Shown piece by piece: positions 37,404 to 47,961 of a DNA stretch of 64,000 bases. The DNA lies in assembly GCA_035084275.1 (NCBI GenBank), contig CM068752.1, forward strand, positions 8,308,001 to 8,372,000, given 5' to 3'. Both the position numbers and the translations under genes were made by a program. The first letter of the stretch is position 1. Each line of letters starts with the position of its first letter. The stretch is from Hydrolagus colliei (lineage: Eukaryota). The notes beneath the pieces were generated by a model, which saw nothing but the letters and a program-made list of their open reading frames with translations, was not told the DNA's origin and searched no databases.

Positions 37404-39884
37404 ATGGTATGTTATAAAATAGATGGACTCCTATTAAAATGGCCACTGCTTTGTGCCATATTCTCAAGCTGGGCGCCCCTAGTTTACGGGCAGATCCGCT
37501 ACTCGATTCCCGAAGAGCTGCAGCCCGGCGCCTTCGTTGGGAACATGGCACAGGATTTGGGGTTAGACGTGAAAGCACTGGCCGCTCGCAGTTTCCGCAT
37601 CGTGTCCGGACCCAGCAGTCGATATCTGGACGTGAATCCGGACAACGGGATCTTGTTCGTCAAGGAAAAAATCGACAGGGAAGAGCTTTGCGGCCAAAGC
37701 CTGGCTTGTGTGATAGCGTTCGAGGGGGTGGTCGAAAACCCCCCGAATCTGTACTATGTCGAGGTGGGAATATTGGACGTGAACGACAACGCTCCTGTTT
37801 TCCCCAAGAGCCAGGTCAGCCTTGAAATCTCAGAGCTGGCGGCTACAGGGTCTCGATTTCCCCTAGAGAGAGCCCTGGACCCAGACGTGGGCACCAACTC
37901 CCTGCAATCCTACCAGCTGATCGACAACGACTATTTCACCCTGGATGTGCAGACGCGAGGCGAGGACGATAAGCTGCCAGTCTTAGTGCTAGAGAAGTCC
38001 CTGGATCGAGAGAAACACTCAAGCCACAGGTTAGTGTTGATGGCCAGGGATGGCGGGGTCCCGGAGAGATCAGGCACCGCCCGGATCACCGTAGTAGTGC
38101 AGGATGCGAACGATAACGCGCCCGTTTTCTCGCAGTCGGTATATAGGGTCAGCCTGTTGGAGAACGTGCCCGAAGGAACCCTCGTCATCCGACTGAACGC
38201 CACCGATTCTGACATTGGCTCCAACGCAGAGATAGTTTATTCCTTCAGTGGTCTGATTTCTGCGAGAGTGAGGGAACTGTTTAGCGTGGATTCCAGGACT
38301 GGTGAGATCAGAGTGAGAGGGAAATTAGATTACGAAGAAAACAAAGTGTTTGAGATTAATGCACAAGCAAAGGATAAGGGACCATATGCAATGCCTGTTT
38401 ACTGTGATGTTCTAGTGAATATTATTGATGTCAATGACAACACACCTGAGGTGACCCTGGCGTCTCTATTCAGCCCAGTGGGTGAGGACGCGCTGCCCGG
38501 GACTGTGGTGGCTGTGATCAGTGCAGCAGACAGAGATTCAGGAGCCAATGGACAAATACAATGTCAACTTAAAAACAAGCTTCCCTTCAAACTGGATTCC
38601 TCCTTAAAGAACTACTACAGGCTGGTTACACAGGAGCCGCTGGACAGGGAAAATGCCTCTGTGTACGACATTACCATTGTGTGCAGTGACAGAGGCTCCC
38701 CTCCTCTCACAGCCAACAAACACATCCGGGTGCAGGTTTCTGATATCAATGACAACCCGCCCAGGTTTGGGCAGCCTTTATACACAGCCCACGTGATGGA
38801 GAATAACCTGGTGGGATCTTCCATTTACTCAGTGACAGGTTATGATCCGGATTCAAACCAGAACTCTCGACTCAGCTACTCTATCCTGGAGAGTCAGGTT
38901 GAGGGGGAGTCAGTTTCTGGTTATGTTTCCATTAACTCGGACACTGGCGTCATTTTCTCTCAAAGATCCTTTGACTACGAGCAACTCAAACAGTTTCAAA
39001 TCCAAGTTCAGGCTCAGGACAATGGAACGCCAAGACTGTCCAGCAATGTGTCTGTGGATGTCACCATCCTGGACCAGAATGACAACTCCCCAGTGATCGT
39101 GTCCCCATTGCCTGAGTTTGGCTCAACAGTGACAGAGACTGTATCTCGGTTGGCAGAGCCAGGCTATCTGGTGGCCAAAGTCTCAGCCACTGACGCTGAC
39201 ACTGGGCAGAATGGGCGTCTGTCTTACCAGATTCTCCAGGCCACTGACCCTGGGCTTTTCACCATTTCTCCTGACACAGGAGAAATCTGGACCATCCGCA
39301 GTGTTGTGGGGAAAGACCCGGCTAAGCAGAGGCTGGTCATTGTGGTGAAGGACAATGGGTCACCAGCGCTATCAGCCACAATGACCATCATCCTATCAGT
39401 GGTGGGCGGTGATTCTCAAACACTCTCTGATATGAGCAGCTTGGCTAAAGACCCTGGATTGGCTGCTGACATCAGCCTATACTTTGTTATTTCCTTAGGC
39501 ATCATTTCGTCCATTTTCCTGGTGATTTTAATCACTCTCTCTGTTAAGGTTTACAAACACAGACTGGGCCTGGGGGCTTCTGATTGCCTTCTGTGCACGT
39601 GTTGTTGCTTCAAAGCTAGACATTCACTGAACGGGGTTCAGAAAGCTAGCAGAAACCTTCAGATAATGCCCAACTATGTGGAGGTATTTGGTGGTGATCC
39701 ACTGTCTCAAAGCTATCGTTATGGGTCTTACTCAACCTCTGGTTCATCCAAAGGAGACTTCCTGTATTCCAATGCATGCAGTTCCTCCAAACGTGGAAAC
39801 AACATCGGGATTGGAGCACATGGGCCACACCAAGGCCCACGGGCAGCAGATCCTACAGATTATAGGAACAATTTAAATAGTGAG
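37404..39884 (+). CDS. Clustered protocadherin variable exon V12 (last intact variable exon)
   Basis: Same layout; ATG 37404; donor GAG|GTGAGA at 39884/39885. Confidence 0.95.
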
Positions 39885-40318
39885 GTGAGACTTCAAAGGA
39901 AAGGCACCTCAAGATTTTGAGATAGATGTGTGGATTTTCCATGCTGCATTCCAACACCTCGCTCTTGTCGAATTTCCTCTTTGCACTGATTTTCAGTAAT
40001 TTGGGTTTTTTGCTCAATTCACCAGCTCCCATGTTGCTTAATTGTGATATCTTTTCATTAGATGATCCAGCTATAAATGAGCTCTTCTAGTGATTCATCT
40101 ATTAAAATCATCTAATGAAAGGAAATTGCAAGTAATCAGACAAACCAGTATAATATGAAAACAATACTTGGTACGAGAAAAATTAAATACATTATTCCAA
40201 CCTGCTAAGTAATTCATCCTAAAGAGTTCAGTGTTTGTTATCTTTCTGATTGCTCTCAAATATACCTGACATCATTTAAATTACGATTTAATCAGGAAAA
40301 ATATTACAACAATGAACT

Positions 40319-40440
40319 TCACTGGATTATTCATTCAGAAAATGTGTTGGTCCAACCCTTAGATAACTCCAAACTATGTTGAAGTGTTCAGCCCTGATCC
40401 ATTCTCCCAGGCTTTGGGCTATGAGGTGTGCTGCGGTGAG
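40319..40440 (+). pseudogene. Degenerate relic of the 3' end of a Pcdh variable exon
   Basis: From 40363 reads ITPNYVEVFSPDPFSQALGYE versus IPPNYVEVFGGDPLSQSFRYG in intact exons; an in-frame TAG replaces the Gln codon just before; no recognisable EC domains upstream. Confidence 0.8.
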
Positions 40441-41614
40441 GAGAAAAATAATAGCTTGGGAATTTCTCACTATAACTGTTTCCCGGGCAGCATTGTGCCC
40501 TCCATATGTGAGACATGGATGTTCAAGTGTAGAATATTCTAAATTACTGGATATATATAATTTACAAGGTCAGGTATATTACCCAACATTGTGATTTATT
40601 TCCCTATCTAGTAATTTAAGGATATATCTAAAAGTTCCGTTCCAGATAAAGACTTAACTGATTAAATTGAATCAGTGAGTCTTTATCTGGAATGGAACTT
40701 TTCACTTTCTGTCTCCTACAGCAGTGCCATGTTGCCCTTACAGTGTAGATCATCTCGAAATATTTTTTTTTCAGCTAAAACTGAGGCTCTTATCAAAGCA
40801 ATAAAAATATTCCATTGTGCTCCATTTGCACACAACTTGAAGTTCGCGCACAGTCAAAGAGAGTTGGTTTTTGGTTGCATATTTTACAATTGGTGGAATG
40901 AGATGCTAAAGCACTAGATAAGCATAAAACATGGTGCCAGATATGGGAAGTGGGCTGTGCTTTGAGGAGCTAGACTAGCATTAAACAGTTGTGGATGTAA
41001 CAGTGATTATGTACTTGTTATAAAGCTGATAGAGATGCAGAAAAAGCAATATAAACTCTACATTAACAGGATTCATGGTTTTATTATGATATGATTCATG
41101 TGTTGAAGGAATCTTTTAGAAAGCTGGATAGATAGAATGAGTGAGACATGCATTACATCCGGGTGTATTGAAACATTCTGATGTTAACAAGCCAAATAGC
41201 TGGTCTGCGAGAAATCAGAAGATCTTAAGCATATACAGTACTTAATAAAAAATAATTTACTAGATACCTCTGCATGCAGTGTAACTGTACAGACTTATCA
41301 AAGAAGTAGTGCATGTAGAATATAATGTCAAGCAAACCTGAAATAATATATCTTGAATTGGAATTATCTAGGGTGAATAGTGATGGTGGATAATGAGGAA
41401 AATCTATCTTATCTTCTCACCTAGTTGTTTGACCCATTCTCTACTCTGCTAGCAGAACTAGTTCAGGGTATTTTCACTGGAATGTTGCCAACAATTTGGG
41501 ATAATGGAAAGTTGAAATGTTCTGATCATCTGGCTTGAGGATGTACCATTTTGCAAGGCTTTTTGCCTGAAAAGAGTTATGTGAATCCAGAAGTCATGCT
41601 TGATATTTTCACTT

Positions 41615-42815
41615 GAGTGGCACCTCAACCTTCAAGGCACAGTCCTTGACTGGTTTCATTCCTACTCACCATTTACACTTTGTATCTTCCAATGGTTTTT
41701 CCTCAAATCCCCGCACAGTTTCTCATGGCATCCCTCAGGGTTCTGTCCTCGGCCCCCTCCTTTTCACCATTTATACGCTCCCTCTGGGCGATGTCATCCG
41801 CAAACATGGGGTAAATTTCCACATGTATGCGGACGACACCCAGCTGTACCTTTCTGCCTCATCCCTCAACCCCCAGACCATCGATGTTCTGACAGCATGT
41901 CTGTCCGACATCGAGTCCTGGACGAGGGAAAACTTCCTGCAATTGAACGTGAGTAAGACCGAGGCCCTCCTGATCGGCTCAAGCCAGTGCCTCCGCACAT
42001 CGGGTGCTGCCAGCCTCAACATCCAAGGCTGTACTCTCCACCTCACAAAGTCAGTCAGGAACCTTGGCATCACGTTCGACCAAAAACTCTCCTTCCTCCC
42101 CCACATCCATGCCTTGACCGGCAACGCTTACTTCCACCTGCGCAACATTGCCAGGCTGCGCAATTATTTTACCCCTCACGCTGCCGAAACACTCGTGCAC
42201 GCGTACATCACCTCAAGGCTGGACTACGGAAACTCTCTCCTCGTCAGCCTCCCCAGCTCCTCCATTCACAGGCTGCAGGTCATCCAAAACTCTGCAGCCC
42301 GTGTATTATCCCGCACCCGCCTCCGCGACCATATAACCCCCACCCTCACCCGTCTCCACTGGCTCCCCATCCTCCAGAGGATCGAGTTCAAGATCCTCAT
42401 CCTCACCTTCAAGGCCTTACATGGCCTTGCCCTGCCCTATTTAACCAATTTACTCTCCCCCTACAAGCCCACCCGAACCCTCTGTTCAGCAGGACTTGGC
42501 CTGCTCCAAGCCCCCCGCCTGAACCGCCCCACCATCGGAGGCCGGGCCTTCAGTTTTTCTGCTCCGACCCTATGGAATTCCATCCCCTAATCCCTCCGTC
42601 TTGTTTCTTCTCTTTCCGCTTCAAGGCCGGTTTGAAGACTTTCCTCTTCATCCGTGCCTTTTGTTCCACCCCGAATTTTTTGACCTCCCCTACGTGTTTC
42701 ACCCCTCCCCGTACACTTCCCTCCCAGCTCGGGTCACACGCCTCCTGTGCAGCGCCTTGAGACGTCCTCCCGACGTGAAAGGCGCTTTATAAGTGTAATT
42801 TGTTGTTGTTGTTGT
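41615..42815 (+). mobile_element. 5'-truncated non-LTR retrotransposon (L2/CR1 group) with reverse-transcriptase C-terminal half and (TTG)n tail
   Basis: [16 protein letters not shown] and [10 protein letters not shown] motifs, [23 protein letters not shown]; premature stop at 42590; 3' end ...gtgaaaggcgctttataag...ttgttgttgttg. Boundaries approximate. Confidence 0.92.
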
Positions 42816-43379
42816 ATTGGAGACATTAAATTGGATGCACTGTAAATGCTAAGTTCCTAAGTTCTTCAAAAAAACAGAATTGTGTCCAAAGATGCTTTGA
42901 TCATCCAACTGTTTCTCAGTGATACCGAGAAAGAATGCAAGATTGATAGGGTATTATGCATTTCTATTTTGATTTAACTCTAGGAATTTGAATGGATGCT
43001 GTTCATTCATATTTAAGAAATAGGAAGGATGTTTACAAAATGTGATATTGGTAATTATTGTATAACACATTTAACGTTTGCTGATAAAAGGAAATAAGTT
43101 GTGCTTTTTGGAATCATTGGAAAAAATAATGCTGAAGTAGGCAACATATCAATGGCTAACTCTCAGCTGACCCAGTTCATTGTTGATATCAGAATTAGTG
43201 TTTGTCCACACAAAATCTCTGTAATTTGTTGGAAATAGGTTACGAGTGTTTGAGTCCATATGATTATGTTATTCGCATGTAGGATTTCTACTAAAATTGT
43301 GTTTAATGCTTCACAATGGTGGGTGAAAAGCTGTGGCATATTCAGTACAGGCTTTTATTTTCTGTTAAACAAGTCATTG

Positions 43380-43470
43380 GAGTTGAGGTACAGACTCAAC
43401 TAGCCATGATCTTATAGAATAATGGAACAGCTCAAGGAGCCGAATGGCCTATATCTGACCCTAAGATGTT
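43380..43470 (+). mobile_element. CR1-type LINE 3'-end fragment
   Basis: gagttgaggtacag...gccatga...ggaacag...gccgaatggcct, similar to the copy at 63615-63700. Confidence 0.55.
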
Positions 43471-43967
43471 AAAATGATGACTTGTGTGAAATATAGATAA
43501 ACTACTCAATGAAGTTAGCCCATGTAACAATGCCCATTGATCATGAAGATATATAGCTTTGATTTTGTTGTGTTCCTGTGACATGTGCTCTTCACAGTCT
43601 GTTGGTAGGGAGTTGACTGAGTGTCTAGTCTGTGTTGAACATACAGTAAGTGTGCTACCCACAACCGTGGATTTAGCTCAGCTAGTGACATCCTTTCATC
43701 TCAGCTGGAATGACAAGCTGCGTGCGAGGAATCAGTGATCAGTTTTAATGAATGCTTAAAACTGAGCTGACTATGGTGACTTTGGCAAGCTTGCTAATTG
43801 TTGCTTATCCTCTGATCAAAGGTCTTAATTTAGTGACAATGAATGAGGCATGGTACATGACAGCAAGGGACCACAACTACAGCAGGAGAGATATCAAAAC
43901 AAGCTGGTGACACTGTCTGAGACTGAGCTGTTTGCTATGATGAGCTTCATTCTATTTTAGAGTCCTA

Positions 43968-44090
43968 TAATTTAGTGGTTAGAGCACTCACCTTGAAAGT
44001 GAGATGACCTGGGTTCAATTTCCAAGCAGGGTGAAACATTGGTCAAGTTTCCTTACTCCACAAGCCTCGGTTTACCTGGCAGTAAAAGGA
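43968..44090 (+). mobile_element. tRNA-derived SINE 5' part
   Basis: A-box-like tagtggttagagc and B-box-like gggttcaatt, followed by a body shared with 53920-54065, 57273-57410 and (minus strand) 55130-55215. Confidence 0.7.
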
Positions 44091-44629
44091 GTGAATAACT
44101 AAAATCTTGTAATTGCTTAAAATCCCATCTTAATTTAATCTTTTCTGAAAGAAAGTAAGTAATATAGTAACAATAAGGTAATAGAAGGCGAATGATAAAT
44201 AGTAGACGAGGATGTTAATTTGCTGTTGGTATTAAATGATCTGTTTGTCACCAGTAAATTAGGAAGGTGTAACACAGTACAGTATTCTGCTTGTTATTCT
44301 AACAGTAGCAAATGAGTAACTGCAGACTGCTGTCAGCTTTACACATCTTTAATGTCTCCTCTCAGACTTGGCTCAAGGTTTTCCAGCCATTATTGATCAG
44401 TGGTGTGTTCCAAAGAGCAAGTGTCTTTGCAGTAAAATGGATCAACCTCATTGCTTATCACTATATTGGCAAGAGCAGCAACTCAGTGAATAGTGAAGGG
44501 ACATAGGCTTTACAAGATTGTAGGAGAACTCTGTAATGTAAGGAAATAAATGATTTATCACCACCATTTTAACAAAATATTAATTGTCAAGATCTTAGCG
44601 CAACATTTTAGAGCAGGATCGCTTTCTAA

Positions 44630-44790
44630 GGATCACTCAATCCATAACTGTTTGTTGGACACTGTTGTACACAATTGGCCGCTGAGTTTCACTCCTGCAA
44701 AATACGCAGTGAATCCAGTTTACAATTCATTCTGTGACCCGCTTTGAGACATCTCAAAGACTTGATAAGGCGCTACATCAACTATAAGTG
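44630..44790 (+). mobile_element. Deu-domain SINE 3' part with L2-like tail
   Basis: ctgtttgttggacactgttgtacacaattggccgctg...gctttgagacatct...taaggcgcta; resembles the DeuSINE core from memory, not database-checked. Confidence 0.6.
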
Positions 44791-45891
44791 TTAGTATCAT
44801 ACCTTCACTGGATTAAAATTAAAATAAATTTTCTGCATTTTTTTCCCCCACAAGATATTTTTTTTTGTTTCTTGTTAAGTAAAAGTTCTTTCTGTAAATT
44901 CTCCTGAGCGCCAAAATCTTTGGTGAGCAAGCGACTGATTATAATCAGTGGTTGCAACATCTTTACACCATCTGTGAATATCTTTCTGCCAGTGCCAGCT
45001 TAACGTCAACCATGCAAAACTGTTTTAGCTGTTCTGTGAAGATATGCTGGTTGAAATTCAAAGCTTGTATCATTTAACACCGGGCTATGTTCATTCCAAA
45101 CCTCTACACACCCTTGTAATGAGGAGATGCAGGGAAGGTTTAAACTGAGCTCAAAACATGAAGCAGAAAAAGACTATTCTTACCTAAGCAAATATCTCCT
45201 CTAATAATCCATCCAAAACACGCCAAACATAGAAGTGGACCACTTTTCAATTACTACATTGTCAATGGCATTAATTTATTTAAAAAATACCAACTCCCCA
45301 AATTCCGTCTGAAGCAGCAGAAATAAGGGGTAATCGCTCAGCTATTTAAAATATTTTTGAAAATTGCTGACAGACGTGATAAATTAGCCACGAGGGAGGG
45401 AAAAATGAATGAGGAGAAAGGCCATGGATTGTGTGCCATATAAAACAGAAAATATTTGACATCTTATTAAAAAAAACTTCCAGGTCAGATGAACAGGAGC
45501 ATCAGGAATAGCATAGAATAAGATGCAAAACCCATTGCGCTTTGGGTAACTAATCTGTGATAGTTCTGAATAAATAAAAACAGACAGTATGTTGGAACTT
45601 TGACACAGACACACATGTCAGGAATATGCAGTGTGCCGTAAAATAATTTTTTTCAGAGTCAATCCTCCATAGATTGATAACTAGTCTTACATATTAGAAT
45701 TTTGTTTTATGATTTTATAGTTTTTTAAACTGTGTTCCATAAGGCAATTTTATTCACCTTAAAGCAGGTGACTGTCAAAAGGTTCTCTCTATTGATTGAG
45801 GCAGAGGCGACAACTGATTGCATTTGGAGCTGAAGTAAATCACCATCGCAGGTTGTTTAATCTTTCTACTCTTTCTCTCGTTTCTTTGTAG

Positions 45892-45950
45892 GTGAAACAA
45901 CCGAACACTGAATGGCGTCACTCACAGGCTCATCGAGTGGAGGTGAACAG
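45892..45950 (+). CDS. Pcdh constant exon 1 (59 bp)
   Basis: Strong polypyrimidine acceptor ...tttctttgtag|, donor AG|GTAACT; phase-0 start matches all variable donors; encodes VKQPNTEWRHSQAHRVEVN(S), similar to mammalian gamma QAPPNTDWRFSQAQR and alpha PRQPNPDWRYS; 59 bp is the known constant-exon-1 length. Confidence 0.93.
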
Positions 45951-46784
45951 GTAACTCTTCATTTTCCTTCCTGTGCGTGTGTTGGCTTTAGGTATGTTCA
46001 GTTAACTCTGTGTATACGTTAAATATGTTTTCAATGGTACAGCATAAATAACCCTCCCATGGGTTTCTGTGCACGCTAACCATCCTCTAAATTCTTGTCT
46101 TTATTCTGATCCATGTTTGATAACCACCACAGGTCATCTCATCACTGTTTGTGGGGCACTGCTCTGAGCGATTGTCTGCCGCGTTTCACCCACAAAAATT
46201 CAGCCTCTCTGATTGCTTATCAAAGAATCCTGTTAAAAAATCACACATTTCAGACCCAGTACATCTTCAGAATCATACCCACTTTGCATAGTCCATCATT
46301 TTTAGCCATTTCATTGACATCTTTGGAGAAACAGCCATCGCAATTTAACCTGGTAAAAATCACTTTGAGTTCAGGTCAAGATTATCCAAACTGAGTACAA
46401 TATAACATAATCCTCGCATGATTTTAGATGGAGTGAGATCTCCAATCGGTTTATGTGCCAGTGACTGCCAAATTATTATTCCTTTGCATGAAACGAATTT
46501 TGATTCAGAACTGGAATCTGCTGTCTGTTTGCATTAGATGCTTCCGAGAGACACAAATGTGGAGGAAAATTCACATGGGGGGGGATAAAGTGGCACCACT
46601 CAAGCTAAAGTTTGATCAATGAAAACACATACCCCCACCACCCCTTCTACTTAGACAGTCACTGTGATTCGAATCCCCTGGAGTAACATGCAAAGTCATT
46701 GCAAAGTGCAGGCGGTAAGACTGCAGTATTGAAGCAATGAAACAGCAGCAATAAAACAACGAAATACAGTCAAAACACTTCATA

Positions 46785-46866
46785 GAATATTCTGTGAAGC
46801 ACTTTGAGATGTCTTGAATACATGATAAGGCGCTGTATCAAATGCAAAGATTATTATTATTATTAA
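46785..46866 (+). mobile_element. SINE/L2 3' tail with (ATT)n
   Basis: ctgtgaagcactttgagatgtc...taaggcgctgtatcaaatgcaaagattattatt, repeated elsewhere in the window. Confidence 0.65.
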
Positions 46867-47683
46867 ATATAGATTTAAGCTGTTCCTTCAGTCAAAGATT
46901 AGTCCGATTCTCCGCATCGAGAACAGAATTAGTTTATTTTCATTAGCGCCTGACACATTGTGTGATATCAGCTAGCACATATTCAAGAATAGAACATTAG
47001 AATTTGCACTGTGAAACTGTGGCAGATTCGCCAGTTAAGCTTTTCATTTAGATAACTAACCATTCCATGATTGCCGACACGCACACATATTACTACCCAC
47101 TATATTTGCCCAATGACTGGTCTACCTGCCTCTACTCATAGGCCAGGCAAATCAAATTAACCACAGTATGGATGGAACAGGGATGACTTGTGTCTTTTTA
47201 GGCCCTTCTTGCCTCCTCCGGCACTAAAACTCTCTTAATTTGCTCTGTAGGAACCTAAATGTCCATTGGTGGTCTCGTTTTCAGCCACTATGCCTTTAAC
47301 ACTCTCGCCCAATGCCTCCATCTTGCATCTTCCTTCCCCATCTTCAGATTGGCGCCTGAAGACATTCCTCCGCAACCACGCTGATGGTCACCTCCGAACT
47401 CCCCCTGGCTCAGATGTGTACATAGCCATTACCAAGCGCTCTGGGATGCTAACCTGCATGAGCAGCGCTGTATAAATCCAAGGTGTTGTCCTCCTGCTGC
47501 CTTGGGTGTTTACGACTGGTTGTCTGCAGCATCTAAAGTTGAATTACAATTGATCATTCGCTTAAAATATAAAATTTTTGGAGAAAGTGAAGCTCATTGG
47601 ATGGGTCAGTTCAGATGCTGTCTCTGTTTCCTTGCTACTCTCATTCGTGATGCTTAGTGAATGTACACCTATTCCTTCTGCAG

Positions 47684-47961
47684 TTCCCAGTATTTGGAGG
47701 AGGAAGTTGTGCAGAGAGATGTGCAGAGAGATGTGCAGAGAGAGGCGCAGAGAGAGGCACAGCGAGAGGCACAGCGAGACGCACAGCGAGACGCACAGCG
47801 AGACGCACAGCGAGACGCACAGCGAGACGCACAGAGAGATTCCCAGCGAGAAGTCCAATGTGAAGTGCAGCATAACGTGCAGCGTGACGTCCCCCGGGAG
47901 TTGGAGAAAGATCCTGGAGTTCCACGGAGAGCCGTGCCTGCAAAACCCACAGCCCACCCTG
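47684..47961 (+). CDS. Pcdh constant exon 2 (278 bp, contains coding 12-bp tandem repeat)
   Basis: Acceptor attccttctgcag|, donor CTG|GTCAGT; begins phase 2 (matches exon 1) and ends phase 1; encodes SQYLEEEVV(QRxx)15PRELEKDPGVPRRAVPAKPTAHP. Confidence 0.78.
47712..47891 (+). repeat. 12-bp minisatellite, 15 units (consensus CAGMGAGAYGYR), inside putative constant exon 2
   Basis: Visible tandem cagagagatgtg / cagcgagaggca / cagcgagacgca units, degenerate at the 3' end. Confidence 0.95.

Noticed and set aside
1817-39876. Many recurring minus-strand and alternate-frame ORFs inside the variable exons (e.g. ...SSGIE, ...GSVAWRIW, MIRIQTRT...)
   Set aside because: These are shadows of the conserved, homogenised Pcdh coding sequence. 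They recur because the sense strand is duplicated and have no independent coding signature.
41987-42760. 257-aa Pro/His-rich ORF
   Set aside because: Alternate frame of the C-rich LINE reverse-transcriptase fragment.
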